Positions 62,449 through 64,000 of a stretch of 64,000 bases of DNA are shown here, one piece after another. The number at the start of each line of letters is the position of its first letter. Positions within the stretch are counted from its first letter, which is position 1. The stretch spans positions 257,952-321,951 of the forward strand of contig CALWKW010000002.1 of assembly GCA_944381365.1 (NCBI GenBank). The letters are read 5' to 3'. A model generated the notes under the pieces. The model was not told the DNA's origin and did not search any database. It saw nothing but the letters and a program-made list of their open reading frames with translations. Source of the DNA: an uncultured Christensenellaceae bacterium. Lineage in GTDB: Bacteria > Bacillota > Clostridia > Christensenellales > UBA3700. The position numbers and the translations under genes were made by a program.

Positions 62449-62991
62449 TTATTTTATGGCTTTGCCCATATCGTAAGCTTTTTTCATAGCCTGAGATTTT
62501 TTGATATCTCCGACTGCCTCTGCTCCTGTGCCGTACACGACATCTTTGAGATAAACCTTGTCAAAACATTCTGCCCAGCCTTTTATGCCGTTTATAGCAT
62601 TGTCGAGTGCGGATTTTGAAGTATCGGCACTTGTGGCAAGAAAATATATCTCTTTGAACTTGTTTTCTTGAAAATACAAAGGATTGAGTCTGTCGAGAAA
62701 AGTCTTGAGCTGTCCGCTCATTTCATAATAATATACGGGAGTGGCAAAGACAAGAACATCGCTGTTTTGCACTTTTCCCAAAATCTCATTAATGTCGTCT
62801 TTTATTGCACAGCCCTTTTTGTTTTGACAATACATACAGCCCTTGCAAAAATTTAAATTTATATTTTTCAAATCCAAAAACTCTGTTGTGTTGTCAGCGT
62901 CTTTTGCTCCCCTTTCGAATTCTTTTGCCAATAAATATGAGTTTCCGTTTGCTCTCATTGTAGATGATACGATAAATACTTTTTTGCTCAT
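62449..62991 (-). CDS. Flavodoxin-like NADPH-dependent FMN reductase / iron-sulfur flavoprotein family
   Basis: 180 aa. 'KVFIVSSTMRANGNS', 'CKGCMYCQ', 'ATPVYYYEMSGQLKTFLDR'. Confidence 0.75.
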   Translation of the reverse strand: MSKKVFIVSSTMRANGNSYLLAKEFERGAKDADNTTEFLDLKNINLNFCKGCMYCQNKKGCAIKDDINEILGKVQNSDVLVFATPVYYYEMSGQLKTFLDRLNPLYFQENKFKEIYFLATSADTSKSALDNAINGIKGWAECFDKVYLKDVVYGTGAEAVGDIKKSQAMKKAYDMGKAIK

Positions 62992-63009
62992 GATTGCCTC
63001 CTTTAAAAT

Positions 63010-63594
63010 TTAATTATTTTTGTCGATATGTCTTATTATTTTTGCAGGCACTCCTGCCACTACCACATTATCGGGTACGCTCTTTGTCACCACAGCTCCT
63101 GCCGCTACGATAGAGTTTTCTCCTATTTCTACTCCCGACAAAATGGTGGCGTGTGCACCTATCCATACATTTTTGCCAATTTTGACAGGTCGAGGATACA
63201 TATCCTTTCTCTTTGACGGCACGATATCGTGATTGAGTGTTGCCAAAACCACTTGCTGACCTATAAGCACATCGTCAGATATTATGACTCCGCCTTGGTC
63301 CTGAAAACAGCAACCCGAATTGATAAACACATTTTTGCCCACCTTTATATTCTTTCCGCAATCGGTATAAAAGGGAGGAAAAAGCACAAAGGTCTCATCG
63401 ACATCTCTTCCCGTAAGCTCAGAAAACAATGCTCTTATTTCTTCATTCGTGTGATATCCGCCATTCAATACACAAGTGATTTTTCTTGCTTCTTCACTCA
63501 ACAAATGCATTGTATTATGAACATCCGATTTTGCCACGACTCTATCCTGATCGTCCATTATTCTTATAAATTCATCGATTTTTTCTCTTTCCAT
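63010..63594 (-). CDS. Maltose/galactoside O-acetyltransferase-like hexapeptide-repeat acetyltransferase
   Basis: N-terminal Mac-like region. Left-handed beta-helix repeats '[33 protein letters not shown]'. Confidence 0.8.
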   Translation of the reverse strand: MEREKIDEFIRIMDDQDRVVAKSDVHNTMHLLSEEARKITCVLNGGYHTNEEIRALFSELTGRDVDETFVLFPPFYTDCGKNIKVGKNVFINSGCCFQDQGGVIISDDVLIGQQVVLATLNHDIVPSKRKDMYPRPVKIGKNVWIGAHATILSGVEIGENSIVAAGAVVTKSVPDNVVVAGVPAKIIRHIDKNN

Positions 63595-63768
63595 ATTTTT
63601 CTCCTCGATAAAATTATATTTTAAAAACGCTTTTATGTAAAATGCTTTATTTTTATAGTAATGTATGACTTTTGTCTATACATCATCGATAGCCGTATTC
63701 TATTGATATAGCTTTTCTATGGTTGACGGCTATATATATTTGTTGTATATTATAGTAGAGGTATAAAT

Positions 63769-64000
63769 ATGGACATAAGAGAATTAAAATATTTTTTGGC
63801 TATTGCCAAAGAAGAAAACATATCCAAAGCATCAGAATATTTGTTTATCACTCAGCCAAGTCTTACAAGACAAATCCAAAATCTAGAAAAAGAAGTAGGC
63901 CAGCCCCTTTTTGAGAGAAAAAACAAAAAAATGAAGCTTACTCCCGCAGGCGTCTTGCTCAAAACAAGAGCCGAAGAAATAATATCGCTTTATGAAAAGA
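63769..64000 (+). CDS. LysR-family transcriptional regulator, 3' end cut by the window edge
   Basis: 'MDIRELKYFLAIAKEENISKASEYLFITQPSLTRQIQNLEKEVGQPLFER' is a canonical LysR HTH. Confidence 0.85.
   Translation, partial: MDIRELKYFLAIAKEENISKASEYLFITQPSLTRQIQNLEKEVGQPLFERKNKKMKLTPAGVLLKTRAEEIISLYEK

Overview
This is a low-GC Firmicutes-type chromosomal segment. Everything below was read by eye from the sequence and the ORF track. No searches were run, so family names come from motif recognition and need HMM or structure confirmation.

Core genes sit at both ends:
- 1-6.9 kb: glycolipid glycosyltransferase, PlsC-like acyltransferase, malQ, RlmI-like methyltransferase, YegP protein, tRNA-Ser(GCU).
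- 54.5-64 kb: AraC regulator, a Gfo/Idh/MocA oxidoreductase interrupted by an in-frame TAG, a domain-permuted GH3, Fe-ADH, flavodoxin-like protein, acetyltransferase, LysR regulator.

Between them lies about 47 kb of accessory DNA that starts exactly at the tRNA-Ser 3' end.

(1) 6.9-32.5 kb is a compositionally mosaic integrated element ending in a LexA-like repressor and a large serine recombinase. It contains:
- a higher-GC 'leading-region-like' module of small genes, including a PcfK/AcrIIA9-like protein and a PcfJ-like protein (8.2-13.3 kb);
- low-GC defence cargo: two HEPN (Rx4H) proteins, and an XRE-controlled operon of two methyltransferases plus a degenerate LAGLIDADG-like protein and a small PD-(D/E)xK protein;
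- a higher-GC, about 11 kb, unidirectional operon (18.6-30 kb).

That operon encodes an HUH rolling-circle Rep next to a hairpin/iteron region, a polytopic-membrane Zot/pI-like P-loop protein, an unannotated 44-aa TM ORF, a 671-aa secreted and C-terminally anchored protein, several membrane-anchored Ig-like proteins, small basic and zinc-ribbon proteins, and a sigma-region-4-like regulator. This operon is my top candidate for an undescribed system. It could be filamentous-phage-like, or a T4SS-independent or mobilisable ssDNA transfer module.

(2) 32.5-49.4 kb holds:
- a diverged, lower-GC second copy of the leading-region-like module, with a 78-nt upstream non-coding block about 94% identical between the two copies;
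- a DUF4238-like gene;
- a Gly-rich repeat protein with a perfect 2 x 99 bp tandem, fused at a scar to a truncated hsdM;
- a GIY-YIG/DUF4357-like gene paired with a membrane protein;
- a 1006-aa Upf1-like helicase with a Vsr/DUF559-like nuclease tail.

Three fused ABC ATPase-permease genes are also present. No rRNA genes, CRISPR arrays or transposases were seen.
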